From NCBI RefSeq assembly GCF_964194025.1, contig NC_134470.1, forward strand, positions 49,600,001 through 49,664,000: DNA of 64,000 bases, written 5' to 3'. The stretch is from Convolutriloba macropyga. Taxonomy: Eukaryota. Both the position numbers and the translations under genes were made by a program. Under the pieces are notes generated by a model. That model was not told the DNA's origin. It ran no database searches and saw only the letters and a program-made list of their open reading frames with translations. Position 1 is the first letter of the stretch. The number at the start of each line of letters is the position of its first letter. Shown here piece after piece: positions 13,210 through 26,167 of this stretch.

Positions 13210-14510
13210 CTATTTCGCTTTTTGGGTGCTCGACTGCTCGGAGGGGAGATGGTTGATCCAGTACTGTTGCAATAATTGTCGACAGATATTATCAAGGGGT
13301 CTGCCTCAATGATTTTGATACGCTCTTTTTGGCCAGATTTAACAAATTCAGAATCAGAAGAGTCGAAATTGGTCCTTTAATAAGTCGCCAAAACGATTGC
13401 AACAAACGGGAGACTTATCAATGTGCAGTTCTAGTATTTTTATTCTTACCTGACCAAAGTGGGGAGAATAAAAACATACATTTTACATGTGAAAAATAAA
13501 AAAATGCCGACGAAATGAGATTCATAAACTGTTGATCTGTTGTATTGACAACCACCGTTTTGTTAACCAAGTTAATTTTTATAATCTTGCATTTTATCCT
13601 TTTGTTATCAGTTTTGTTGAATTCATACTCTTGTAACAGAGAAACCATATCTTAATTGTGGTCACAATTATTTGGCTGATTTGTCTTGGCCTCTTTTTGT
13701 CTTTTGATTCATAATCTGAGGTGCTTTCTCTCTCGTAATTGCGTTCTTCCGTCGCTTCTACTCGGCTCACTTTTTGTCGCTTGTAATATTTCTTCCATTG
13801 TTTGTTTTCATTTTTGGTGCTCCTCAAACCTTCTGAGATTGTGTTAATGATTTTTTTCTTTTGTAGATCTTTTTTCGCTATTTATATATTTTTTTGGACT
13901 GAATACTTTTGTACGCAATTGCAGTGGTGCTCGCCTTTCTTGTTTTCTAGTTTCGAGAATATTGCTATTGGTTCTGCTCCTTTTTTGAGAACTAATTTTT
14001 GACTTTTATTGTTGTCCTGGTTGTTTTCGAAAGTCTGCGGTATTCGTCGAAAGTTGTAGTCATTTTTGTTTACTATCTGTTTGGGTTTATACTTTCAGTC
14101 TGGTTAGGAACATTGCCTGTATCAAAATTTTCACGGCTTCCTGTTCTCTTTCTTTTTTCAGCCAGTTTGTTCATGGCTGTTTTCAGCTTGCTGGTAATAG
14201 ACTGTTTTTTGGTCCCAGCCTTTCCCAGTTCGTTAGAGCGTGTTTCTTTCCATTTGCCATTTGTTTGCGAATTTTTTTCCGTTCTCTACCAGGAAATCAG
14301 GATTCCAGTATTTTGGTAGTTGATAGACATCCCACAAAAAAAATGGTTGGAAAGTTACTTTCAATTTACTTTTTCTCGTCCGCATCTGAATTGGGGGATA
14401 AATCAGTGCTTAGATCTGTTTCGCGTAGACAATGCAACCCAGGTTTTCACCTCTGCGACCTTGAACAGCTTTGCTACGATCAAGGACCTCGAAACCACAT
14501 CCTCTGATCA
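13210..14510 (-). mobile_element. Degenerate element 5' region with decayed PHD-finger-like start
   Basis: Minus-strand translation near 14510-14330, MIRGCGFEVLDRSKAVQGRRGENLGCIVYAK...FQPFFCGMS, resembles a decayed PHD finger; followed by K/E-rich broken ORFs. Confidence 0.4.
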
Positions 14511-17500
14511 TAATCAACTTTACCCAAAAATATTGCGTTTTGGTTACTTTTAATTGTCATATATGTGCTATTATATGATGTATTCATCAAGAATACAACT
14601 TAAGTTTAAAAAGTTACTGATTCTCAAAGCTGCGAAAAGAAATTTTATTCAGAAAAAAAATGTTATTTGTTAGAAATTGCATGCGTTTTAGTAGCCACAT
14701 ACGGTGAGGATTTTACTAAAAATGCAGCCGCCTGCAAATATTCGTGCTTCTTATGAGCAAATTGTTTCTCATATTTTCATCTATTATCGGATTATATAGT
14801 TTTGTGTCTTATGACCATGTAATTTGACAATAACTGTAAGAAAAAAATTTTAAATTTGCACAACCAGGTTTTCTTGGAGAACAATAAATTTGGTCGCTTT
14901 TTGGTTAATTTTACGATCGTGCCCAACCCATAACTGTCACATAACTCCAGCCTCTTAACGAAAGAATAGTAACAGAAGAAAAGCTGATCTGCTGAACGTG
15001 ATGAATGAATGCTTCGAATTTTGGAAAGATGCAAGAGCATTCCTAAATGATCGTTCCCATTCAAACATAAATCAGAAAGTTCTGAAATATCAGACGGTGT
15101 CATACAACTGTACCATCAGTTCACCGTTGTTTTTTTGTTCCGATCCACTTTAGTGGGGGAGGAACTATATACTCAACTGGGTTTTTTTGTTCAGACAATT
15201 TTTGCCGATCGATATATTCATCGTAGAAAGTTGTGAGTAGTATAATTAGAAAGCCCATCCAGCGTAGCATATGGAATTGAAAAGATTTTTTCAATTTTCG
15301 CTTTTCGAATGGAGTTATCGAGGTTTAAAATTTTGTGAATATTAGACGTAATTCAGCTGTTTTTTTTCACATTTTCGGTATATGTTAAAATTGTTAACTG
15401 TAGTGTTATTGATTTTATCTCTAAAGATAGAGGAGGTTTGCTCAAATATTCGATTCGAGCTTTTTGACTACAATTTTAGCTAAGTTTATCAAAATTCAGA
15501 CTGTTATTGTCAAAAACGCATTTTTAGCCCAGTTGCCTTAAATTTGCTGGAAGTAGACAACTTAAAATTGCGCCATATTCTTCTTACGCCTGAAAAAGAG
15601 CTAGTTGTACTCCAGCTGGCTTTGAGAGTCTTCTGAAATTATAATTTTGCCTAATTGTTGCAAGTTTAAACTTGATAATTATACAAAATGCATAATTTAT
15701 TTTTGACAACGTGAAAAATTTTGTTTAAAATGATCTCTTTCGCAATTATTTGAACAATTGAGTGTTTTTTGTTAAACGCATGGCAATATCTGGGCTGTTC
15801 TTGATCTCACCATGGTTCCCTACGATAATTTTTTTAAGATTTTAATAGTGCCCGACCTTTGTTCAAAAAATTTCCGCTATGTATTGATTTTTATGTAAAT
15901 TACTGAAAAGAATTACAAACCAGGGCTCAATTAATAACAGAAACTATTTACAACAAATGATGCCCACCAAGTTTATATCTTGTTTCCCGAAATAAGCTCA
16001 TAGTTTTTATTGCTCTGACCTTTTGTAAAAGTTTTTATTACTAAGCGTTTTTTTTTTAATTTTTGAGCATAATTGCATATTTTATTAGTTCATTTTGTTA
16101 ACTTTAGTTTCAAAAAAAGTTTCCGAAATTTAAATGCTATTCAATTTTTGGGTTTTCTTTTGTTGTCATGTCTACGTAGTTCTTTCATAATGAAGACTCG
16201 CTCATGTTAAATTGAGGAAAAATGATGATTTATAGTTCTTGCAAGTAATATCTTATAATTATAGTGTGTTGAACAGTGATTTGTTGTAAAATTGTTTCAA
16301 ATTGTGGCTGCTTTTTGTTTTTGTCATTATTTGTGTAGTTGTAATTTAGTCTCATTTTTAACCGGCCTAATTGGCCTCCGAAAATGATTTCCGTTATGCT
16401 TTTAAAAATAATTGTTTTCGAAAAACATAGTTGGGTTTTTAAGCTTCGTAATTTTTTAAATAGTTTTTCGGCCGATTTGTAGCTCAGTCTTTCTAATCAC
16501 AGGTCACAACCCGTTTTCATTGAGCTATAATTTAATCTTTATAACAGTTTTAGTTTCAAACATTTGTCTCCCGGCTTTGTTACTATTGTTACTACGAGGT
16601 TTCGAAAAACGTTTAAAAGTTTTGTATATTTGTACATTTTAAAAGATTTTTTTTCTTTTTTATTTTATGGCAATAATCACAGGTCCCATGGGCTTTGAAA
16701 TTTTGCGCAATTGAACATTGGATAAAGGTAGCTCTCAATTGCTTCCTATGGAGATATAAATGGTCATTTTAGTGATATCAGTTGAAATCTAACGACATTA
16801 ATAGCTGTGAAATTATTTGTTTTCTAATATGGAAACGTGTTTTTGAACTTCGCACTTCTTTGCTCTTTCTTGTCGACCTGTTAACCAGTCGCATTGAGGA
16901 CAGGTCCCATGTCTTTTCGTATGAATTATAGGTTAAATTGTTTTGTTTAGATTTCATCTGATGCGTGTTTGATTTTGTTGTGGTTTTTTATATCATAGAC
17001 ATCAAGTTTTGGTCGTAAAAAATGTTTGTTGTTTGACTTTTGTTGTTTTCCTTTCTAGTAATCCTATTATCAACAACTTTCATCGGCCGTCTAGCTTGGC
17101 CCTATTCATTCCATTAGGTTTTTTTGAACGATATGTATGTTTTGAAAGCTTTCTATCTCTTCATCATTTGGTAGCCAATTAAGTCAAGAATGTGGATGAG
17201 CTGGGTCGGAGCATTACGTGCGTACGCACATTACAGAGCCTCCTTGTTTAAATTCGAGTCAAACCAACATTAACGTAGTTAGTGAGAATTGAATGGCGGT
17301 GACTGCCTTGACTTTCTTTGTAAAAGAGCGTCGTTTAAAAGAGCGTCGTCTTGACTTTTCTTTGTAAAAGAGCGTCGTTGATACTTCTTCAAAAAAGTGT
17401 TTGTAAAAAAAATCTACAGTATGGGGGAATTTTAATGCAAAACAGGAACCAGGTTTCAAATGAACGCAGGGAAAAAGCTCAGAACAGTTTTCAAAAATTT

Positions 17501-18329
17501 CAAAATTAAATTACAAAGGATTTGAGTAACTTTTAATTTGTTACGTTGATTCATTGCCATCACCTCCATAGTTATAGAAAATTCTGCAACGCTTCTGAGC
17601 TCAAACCTGATAATCGCATAGTTGATTGAATTCCTGTTCTCTCCAGGAACGGACTGGTCTGCTCTGCGATTGTCTTATGATGCTCCCTCTACTATTAGTT
17701 TTAGTCTAATTAAACATTAAACTGAACTATTAGTTGTAGTTCATCAGGGAATAGAAGATTTTTCCCATTAGGATGATAGAATATTTTTGCCGTCATCAAT
17801 TGCAGTAATCAATTAATACTGTGATAGAGGTTACCATTGAAGCAACAGTCAATTCAGACAGTCAATGACTTCACTCCGAACTGAAAAAAATCGAGTGTAA
17901 TTTAGGCTTGTGAGAGAGAGAGAGAGTGTGTGTCGTTTACTAGTTTGGGATTCGCTTAATGACATAAAAGCGAAGAAAAAACAGAGTAATCGAACGCGTG
18001 TGTAAGACAGAGTAATCAACACTCCCGTATGAAACCACATAAGGAGCATTTCCTGGACTGTCATGACTGGTGGATTCTAAAAATAGCTTTATCTCGAACG
18101 ACAGAAAATATCATGGACCTTAGAAATTCATAAGCCGAAAAATTACCACTGAGGTTGCCTTCTGATCAAGCAACAGAAGAACCTATAAAAAAAATTTTTT
18201 AAAAAAAACTAAATTATTTTTTTTCTTATTCCTGATCATTTATATATATATATATATACCTGTTCAGATAATATAGGCGTAAAATGAGGTCCTTTCAAAA
18301 AAGGATAACCCAAAACAAAATGAAACACT

Positions 18330-19005
18330 TCAATCAAAATTGACAGCTCGGGCAGATGTTTCTTTGAAAAAAATATTACGGAATCACTACTATGCTCTAC
18401 TTAAAACATCGAATTTAACAATCTTAAGATATTGCAATAAAAACAAACTGAAATTTACTTAGAATGAAAAAAAATTCAGTCGCAAAAGAAATCACTTTTA
18501 AGATGTCAAAGGAAACGAAAATGCTTGATTTTTTGCACATGTAACTCATAAAAAAGCAATTGAAAATTCTACGGGATAGCAGCGTATTTTTGAAGCATTT
18601 ATTAAATTTTTTACATACAAAATGAGATGCTTTGAAATTGCGCATCGAAAAAACAACAGAATCAAAAATTTCAATCAAAAACGTCAATAAAAATTGAAAG
18701 CTTGGACAGATGTTTCTTTGGAAAAAATTATTACGGAATCAGTACTATGTTCTACTTAAAGCATCGAAATTACCAACCTTGAGATGTTTCAATAAAAACA
18801 AACTGAAGGTTACTTAGAGTGAAAAAAAATCCCTTGCGAAAGAAATAATTTTTAAGGTGTCAAAAGAAAAAAAAGTCTTGTTTTTTGGTACATATGATTC
18901 ATAAAAGAGCAATTGGATATTCTACGCGGAAATCAGCGCATTTTTCACGCATTTATTAATTTTTTTACATACAAAATGAGATGCTTTGAAATTACGCATA
19001 AAAAG
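18330..19005. repeat. Diverged tandem duplication, ~355-bp unit
   Basis: cagatgtttctttg..tattacggaatca..aaatgagatgctttgaaatt occurs twice (from ~18330 and ~18684). Confidence 0.9.
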
Positions 19006-21887
19006 AGATTTTTTTTCTGAAGACCTAATTTTCATTTTAGGCTTTTGAAGCCGTCGGTTCTTGAATTCATTATAACCGTTGGACTCAAATACAAATTGAT
19101 TGGAAAAACTGAATGGTTTTGAAAATTTAACTTTCTATCCTATCAACATCTATATGTATGTTGGCTCAGTTTAGCTCCTGCAGTTCAATGATACAAAAAA
19201 TAAATCGGAACACAGGGGCTATTGAGTACAGTATAGATTTCTAAAATTAGCTTCTATTTAAATTTTAATGTGAAAGAGAAATTTTTGAAATTTAAAAGAA
19301 AAGAAACCACAAAAATTACATATAAACACGGGTTTTTAAAGAAATCATTGAAAAAAGGAAATTTGTTCATGAAAACAACAATTTTGTCGCGTGCAAATCA
19401 ATAAAAAATGCAGTAAGTTTTAATCCAAAATAGATTTAAAAAAATGATATTTTTGAAATATTTTTTGATCGCAAACTTAGGAAATCAGAGTCACTGAAAA
19501 CTGGTCAGCGAGCCAAAACAATTAACAATGATCCAAAAATTTTCTTGTTTCATCGGAAATAATTACAAAAAAAGATGCAACAAAGTACACATAAGTCAAA
19601 AGCGACGAATAAAATTGAATCAATTTAAGACTACTCATTGCAATTTTTGCAATTTTTGCGTCAATAAATCAGAAACTGCTGTTTTTGTTCATTCTTCAAA
19701 GCCGATCAAAATTTCACAGGAAAAAGGTTTGCTGAAAAAGTGAAAAAATGGGATAAGCAATGATTTTGAATTAAATTCGTTTCAAGAAAAATTGATCTCA
19801 AAATTTTTGAATTTCAAAACGAGAGTATTTAGATACGTTTAGCATCGAATTCTGCATTCCGTTTCATTTTTGCACTTTTGCGTTCTTTTTTGTGTTTTAT
19901 GTTTTCTTTTGCTTTTGGTTTTTCATTTATGGTTTCGCATTTATGGTTTCTTCGATCCTGGAAAAACCAAACATATCTTGCAAAAATCTAAGAGATGGAA
20001 AAGAATTCAGCGTTTGTTTCAATTACCTTCTCATATCACGAAGAACATAAACTAGCGTTTGTTTCAGGATGGAAAAAATTTTATTGAAAAAAATTTTCCG
20101 CCTCAATGAATACACAGGTGAAACCAAATATCGTGTTTTCCAGTAATTATGCATTTAAATGTTCCACCATTGCCATTGCTCAGATCTTCGAAAAAAAATT
20201 CTAAAGCGCACTTTTCAATTGAGAGTCCAATCGCTTTTGACGCTGACAATCGTTTTTATGAAGCATATCATTGAGGCAACATTGACATCTATTATACTCT
20301 TTTTCAAGAATGCAGTAAAAGTTTTGCATATTTCTCACAGGAGCTTAAATTAAATAACATCGAGAGAATTTTGAGAATCATACAGAATTTTCTTGTGTTC
20401 ATTTACTAGTGGTCTATGAAAACTAGTGCAAACAAAATAGAACTGTTTTGTATATTGCAGTTGTTTTCCAGTGCAATTAAAATACCTTGGATTGTTCTTT
20501 TTGGAAAACCGCCGTTCCTTCGTTTCATTTATCATAGTTTTTTTCGTTAATGGATTAAGGTACGTACGATGAATGAATAATTGATGACGCTTAATGACAC
20601 TCAGAGATCGAAGTGTTGAATATTTTTTGAACCAATTTAAAGGATGCGATTATTATGAATGGTTAGTTACTCCAGGAGATCTGTGCACTGGCTTGACCCA
20701 TTCTCAAATTAATTCTATTCCGCAGGCAATTGTTCCAAAAACATTGTACGGTTATATCACGGAACGGACTACAAATGTATATTTTCAGCAAAAAAAACAT
20801 CATTGGTTTGATCGAAAATTTTCAACAACTGTCTTCACTAAACGGCAGATAATGCACGGAACTTTTATTCGAGTGCTGAAGTGTATTATTGTACAAGAGT
20901 GTTATTTGGCAGCAAAACGTGTTATTTTTTGGGAATATGTCACACACGTAGCAACTGTCTTGTTAGGCCCAATACAACGGTCTTGTTTATCCCTTTATAA
21001 AATGTGAAAAGTTATACAAACGAGTGTTTTTAATTTTTCCCTCCCCAAACAACAACTTTGTGCTATGCGAAAGGCTCATAATGAATCGTTTCTTACGTTT
21101 TTTTCCGTAAGTTTTAGTTTTTAGTTTTAGTTTTTGAATTACTTTTTACAGATTCCAAATAACCCTTTGTCGCAGACATGAACCTTGAATTATCCTATTT
21201 TAAGAACTTCTGTTACAAAATAAAAACCAGATCACTTTGTGATGACGTAAGAACGGCGTCTTATAAACAGGCAAATTATTTTCCCATCTTTTCTAAACAG
21301 AGCGACGCAGAGAGACATGATTGTTTATTGTGCTGACTAATAAATATTCCTTATCCCTAAAAAACAAAGGAAAACCATCAATAATTGCGCGTCTGAAAGG
21401 AGCGAAGCGCACATGCAACGTTTTTACAATTGCTAATAAGAAGCGTGTTTAAAAATAACAAACGATCGTGGAAAGTGCGCCAACACAAGCGTTCTTAACC
21501 ATAACTGAAATGCTGTGAATACACTAGACAATTTTTAACAAAAGGACCATTATAACACAATATATACTTTTAATATTTCACTTCCACCGACCCACGATTA
21601 GCTGTGCCGAGAAGCTGAAAGGTTTTCTGTTAATTTGAAATTCAAATTATTACCAGCAAAAACAGACAAATTTGGCCTAAGGACATGAAAAAGCATTTAA
21701 ATTTTCATTAGGTTTAGGCCTCCGTTTTATTCATAGTCCCTCCGATAAAGTCGAAACAGGCAAATGTTTCAAAAACACTCGAAAGGTCAAGTTCAATTTA
21801 AGAAAAAACGTAGAAAAAATGCAGATGACATTCAGCTTAAGAAAAGAAGCGTTGACATTTGTTCACAAACGTTCGATTATTTCGACT

Positions 21888-22188
21888 TATAGTCAGTCCC
21901 ATAAAGTTGCAACGCTATCGAACGTCTCAAAGGTCAAAGTTCAAATTTAAAACATGCAGGTATTAGCACTTTGATGTTCATTTGCTTGCCAGGAGTTTTT
22001 CGAACGTTTGCTTGCGTTGCAACTTTATGGGACTTACTATAAACGAACTTTTCAAAAACACTGCCCATGTTGTCATTTGAAAACTCATAATCGAAAGTTC
22101 GAATATTTCAACTTTATGGGACAGACTAAACTCAAAATTTAACCTTTGAAACATTCGATAGCGTTGCATCTTTATGGGACTAACTATA
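21888..22188. mobile_element. TA-flanked MITE (Tc1/mariner-like)
   Basis: TIRs tatagtcagtcccataaagttgcaacgctatcgaa / ttcgatagcgttgcatctttatgggactaactata. Confidence 0.75.
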
Positions 22189-22214
22189 GATCATTTCATC
22201 TTAATTTGGATGAT

Positions 22215-22434
22215 CTATAGTCTGTCCCATAAAGTTGAAATAAGCGAACGTTTGAAAAGCGCCAAAAACGTGCAATTGAGCGTCAATGTGGTCATTTGAA
22301 TGTCAACGTGTTTTCCATTAAGATTTCATTTATCAATTTTTTCTACATCTTTTAAAATTGAACTTTGAACTTTGAGCTCTAACCTGTGGCTTTTGAAACG
22401 TTCGCTTATTTCAACTTTATGGGACACGCTATAG
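22215..22434. mobile_element. MITE of the same cccataaagttg family
   Basis: TIRs ctatagtctgtcccataaagttgaaataagcgaacgttt / aaacgttcgcttatttcaactttatgggacacgctatag; related remnants at ~21730, ~22480 and ~33190-33420. Confidence 0.8.
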
Positions 22435-22688
22435 ATTTCAAATCTTTCCTATGAAATTCATGAAATATATATCACTACCACAACTTTACGGGACTTAATT
22501 TGTTGACATTGTTGGACACATTAATCTGACTTCTAATTGGATATTTCAAAACCAGTTATTTCAAATTAATTCGTTTTCTGCAATTTGATTTGGTTACCTT
22601 TGTTTTGACTCGACATAGAAAATACTTAATCGATAAATTGTTAAACGTCTTGCATATTGTTAACGACAGAAGCGGTGATAAAAACGTG

Positions 22689-23379
22689 ATGAGAAAACGT
22701 AGGAGATATTATTCACAATTATTGAGCCAATCTCTTTCGATGTTCACTTTGCTCACTAGAAAGTTCAGCTGCTCTGTGTTGGTTTTGGTCATTATCGCAT
22801 TGTTTTACTTTTTCCGAAACAGACAAATATTACTCACAGCTTCCGGTGTCTCCGTAAAGGTCAAATCGAAAATAACCAGCCAAGAATTACTACTGCCAAA
22901 ACGGCCACCTTTTGAGGCAAAGTTTGTTCAGAAGTTATCAGAGTCATTATTTTCGCTTATAGTTGACAATCCTTTGAAGCTAAAATGTTCAAATTGCGCT
23001 ATTGTTTTCAGTTCAGGTCATCTCACGAACTCAACTTCGGGTTCAAAAATTGATTCGGCCGATTGCGTCGTTCGGTTTAACGATGCACCCGCCGGAGGGG
23101 TTTACGCAAAAGATGTGGGCGATAAAACGACAGTTCGGTTTGTGGGTAACCACGCAGCCAAAGAAATCGTTTCAAGAAAATTGAAATTGAATGATTCATT
23201 AATCCTAAATGAGATAATCATTCTTAACTCTGTTCACAGTGAAGTTTTGGATTTGATTGAAGCTTTTCCACAAACCGAGTTTTACGTGACCTCCAAGAGT
23301 GCTTTTTCGGCTGTATTCAGTCAAGAACTAGAAAATATAGCTTTGGAAGGAAATGGGAAAAGCGTGAAAGTCAGTTCAG
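22689..23379 (+). CDS. Sialyltransferase (GT29, ST6GalNAc III-VI-like), exon 1
   Basis: Basic N-tail plus TM segment (type II membrane); sialylmotif L CSNCAIVFSSGHL..G.KIDSADCVVRFNDAP..YAKDVGDKTTVR; donor cag|GTGAGA, phase 1. Alternative ATG at 22740. Confidence 0.9.
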
Positions 23380-23871
23380 GTGAGAATATTATCCTTATTG
23401 TGACAACAGATGTGAGTTGATCACGGAAGCATTTTAGTTTTTGTATCTTGCTCTAAATTTTCTCTCCTGTGACATAAAATGTTCATTAATGACTTTACTC
23501 ACAAGTGGCAAAAAAATATTTGAGCATAAGCAACTGAACGTAGAAGATACAAATAGGAACAATTGTTGTTAGGATTTTTGAATGTATTCTGCTTGGATTT
23601 AACATTGGGGTAATATAAAAAGCGGGACCGAAGGGATCATATATCTTTTAATTTTTTCCTTAAAGCAATTTTTAAATATAAGTTGTATGTGTCATATAAT
23701 ACAAATTTTGGTGTCAACAAAGTCAGTATTTCGTCTCATAAATATGAAGAGGGAACTTTCTGGTTAGCTACGTTCTCCTAATATTTTCTTCATATAGTAC
23801 CACCCATTTTAGCAATGCTTAGTGAAAGCAAATCTAAATCGTAGCGACGTTAATATTGATAAAAATTTAAA

Positions 23872-24500
23872 GGCGAACAGACAAAACAGTCCCAGACAAA
23901 ACAGTCTCAGACAAAACAGTCCCAGACAAAACAGTCCCAGACAAAACAGTCCCGGACAAAACAGTCCCGGACAAAACAGTCCCGGACAAAACAGTCCCGG
24001 ACAAAACAGTCCCGGACAAAACAGTCCCGGACAAAACAGTCCCAGACAAAACAGTCCCAGAGAAAACAGTCCCGAATAGCAAAATATTCCCAGACAGAAC
24101 AGTCCCAGACAAAATAGTCCCAAGAAAGCAGACAAAACAGTCCCAGACAAAATAGTCCGGACTAAAGATAAAGTTAAGCATATTCGCAACAATTAACAAC
24201 GAAACCCTTAAGTTATTCATGTGATTATATTTCATTGAACAAATATTAACATATTTGTTGCTAAATAATGTATTTTGTATAACGAGTTTTTGGTTTAATC
24301 CTAATTCATATCAATTAAAAGAAATGCATTCAGAAGCTTATCTCATAGATTATGCTTGATAATTGTTTGTAGATTAGATTTACAATTGTTGCGATACTTA
24401 TTTGGGACTATTTTGTCTGTCTGCTTTCTTGGGACTATTTTGTCTGGGAATATTTTGCAATTTGGGACTGTTTTGTCTGGGACTGTTTTGTTCGGAAACG
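23872..24500. repeat. Foldback/MITE-like element with 15-bp minisatellite arms, in the sialyltransferase intron
   Basis: (acaaaacagtccc[a/g]g)n at ~23879-24160 and inverted gggactgttttgtct copies at ~24400-24500. Confidence 0.85.
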
Positions 24501-24921
24501 AAATTTAAATACTTGTGCTGATAAATACATTACTTGGCCAATGTCCGAAGAATCGACTATGCCTACTCAATTTTGTCTCGATTTTTTACGACCCATGTTA
24601 TAAAATTAAAGTTGTAAGCGTGTATTGAAACAAATGATACTATGCCAATTTAGCTAAATTTGCTTAAAATATCTTTCCCATGGATACAAAATCTTTTTGT
24701 CGAAATGAAAAAAACATCAATTTGGTGATTAATTTCAGAAACGTCCCACTTGACACAAATTGTGGATTGAGAAGACAATTGATGGTTTTGAAGTTACTCA
24801 TATTACTGTTTACAAGAATAATTAAGTATTTGAAGTTCATCTCGAGCAATTGCTAATAAAATGTGATCATTAAAGTTTTAGGCTACACTTAAATGCTCAA
24901 AATCGCTTTGTACCCACCAAA

Positions 24922-26167
24922 CCCGGGAGGAGGTTTCACCCCCATTTCACCCCTAATTAGCGGGGATTAGGGTGTAATCCGTTTTCTACTCTTATTTATC
25001 CGGGAAAAGAGTGTAAGTGTAATATTAGTTACAAAATTACACTGTTTCTTTTGTACATTCTTTTTACACTCTTAGAGAGAGTGTAATTAAGGGTGGAATG
25101 ATAAAAGATTACACCCTTTTTACCACCCTTATGAAAAGAATCAATTATTTTTACACTCTTACAACATTTTTATTTCTAGAGTGTAATTTAAAGTGGACTT
25201 ATAAAAAAATTACTCGTTTTCCCACCGTTATGGCTTCTATGACATATTTTTACACTCTTACACCATTGTTATTGAGAGTGTAATTGGTGTAATTAAAGGT
25301 CGATTGCGATAAAAAAATTCTTCTTTCCACCGTTATCGCTTTGTATCATTTCTTTATACTCTTACTTCCCTCGCGTGCAATTTCTTCACACCCTTCCACC
25401 CTTGTTGTTTATATATATGAGTCAAAACATGATTATATGTGCGTTTTTGTTTATGTGTGTGTTTAAAAGTGACCACTCCAATTGGAAGAAAGCGAAACAC
25501 TAAAAAATGAGCAATTTAACCTATTCAATGTTTTCAGTGAAAAGATTAAGATTTTACTGACTGCGACACCGTTCTCGAATAGTATAATTTTTGATTTTAG
25601 CCCGCAGTATAATTTTTGATTTACTATATGTATGTTAATTTTCAGGTGTAGAAATTTCCCTGAAAACAACGGAGAAAAGAGTGTAAAGAGTGTAAATATA
25701 AAAAATTATACCCATATTTCTCCGCTTAATTAGCGGTGTAAGAGTTTAATTATGAAGAGTGTAATTGTAAAAATGAGAGTGGAAGAGTAAAAATTTTTAA
25801 AAAAATACACTTTTATTCCGTCTATGACGACCGGGGATAAGAGTGTAAAGAGAGTAAAAATTTTAAAAAATTACACCCCTATTTCTCCGCTTGAATAGCG
25901 GTGTAGGAGTGTAATTATGAAGAGTGTAATTTTAAAATTAAGAGTGGAAGAGTGTAAAAATAATTTTAAGGTGTAATAGAAAGAGTGTAAAAGAAAATTA
26001 AAAGTGGATTTACTATTTGAATTTACACTCTTTTAATTAAAATTACACTCTTAAAATTACACTCTTACACCGCTAACTAAGCGGAGAAGTAGGGGGTAAT
26101 TTTTTTATTTTTACACTCTTTTCACTTTTCCCCCCGTTATTTTCCAGGAAAAGCCTCCCCCCCCTGG
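24922..26167. mobile_element. Non-autonomous CCC-terminal element with gagtgtaa/ttacactc internal repeats
   Basis: Left cccgggaggaggtttc; right degenerate gaaaagcctccccccccctgg; many gagtgtaa/ttacactc motifs in both orientations. Confidence 0.65.

Noticed and set aside
20594-21007. 137-aa ORF as a gene
   Set aside because: No recognisable motif or splice support; may be a decayed mobile-element fragment.
23809-24235. Pentapeptide-repeat ORFs (QNSPG / GLFCP / GTVLS)
   Set aside because: 15-bp minisatellite arm of an intronic foldback element.
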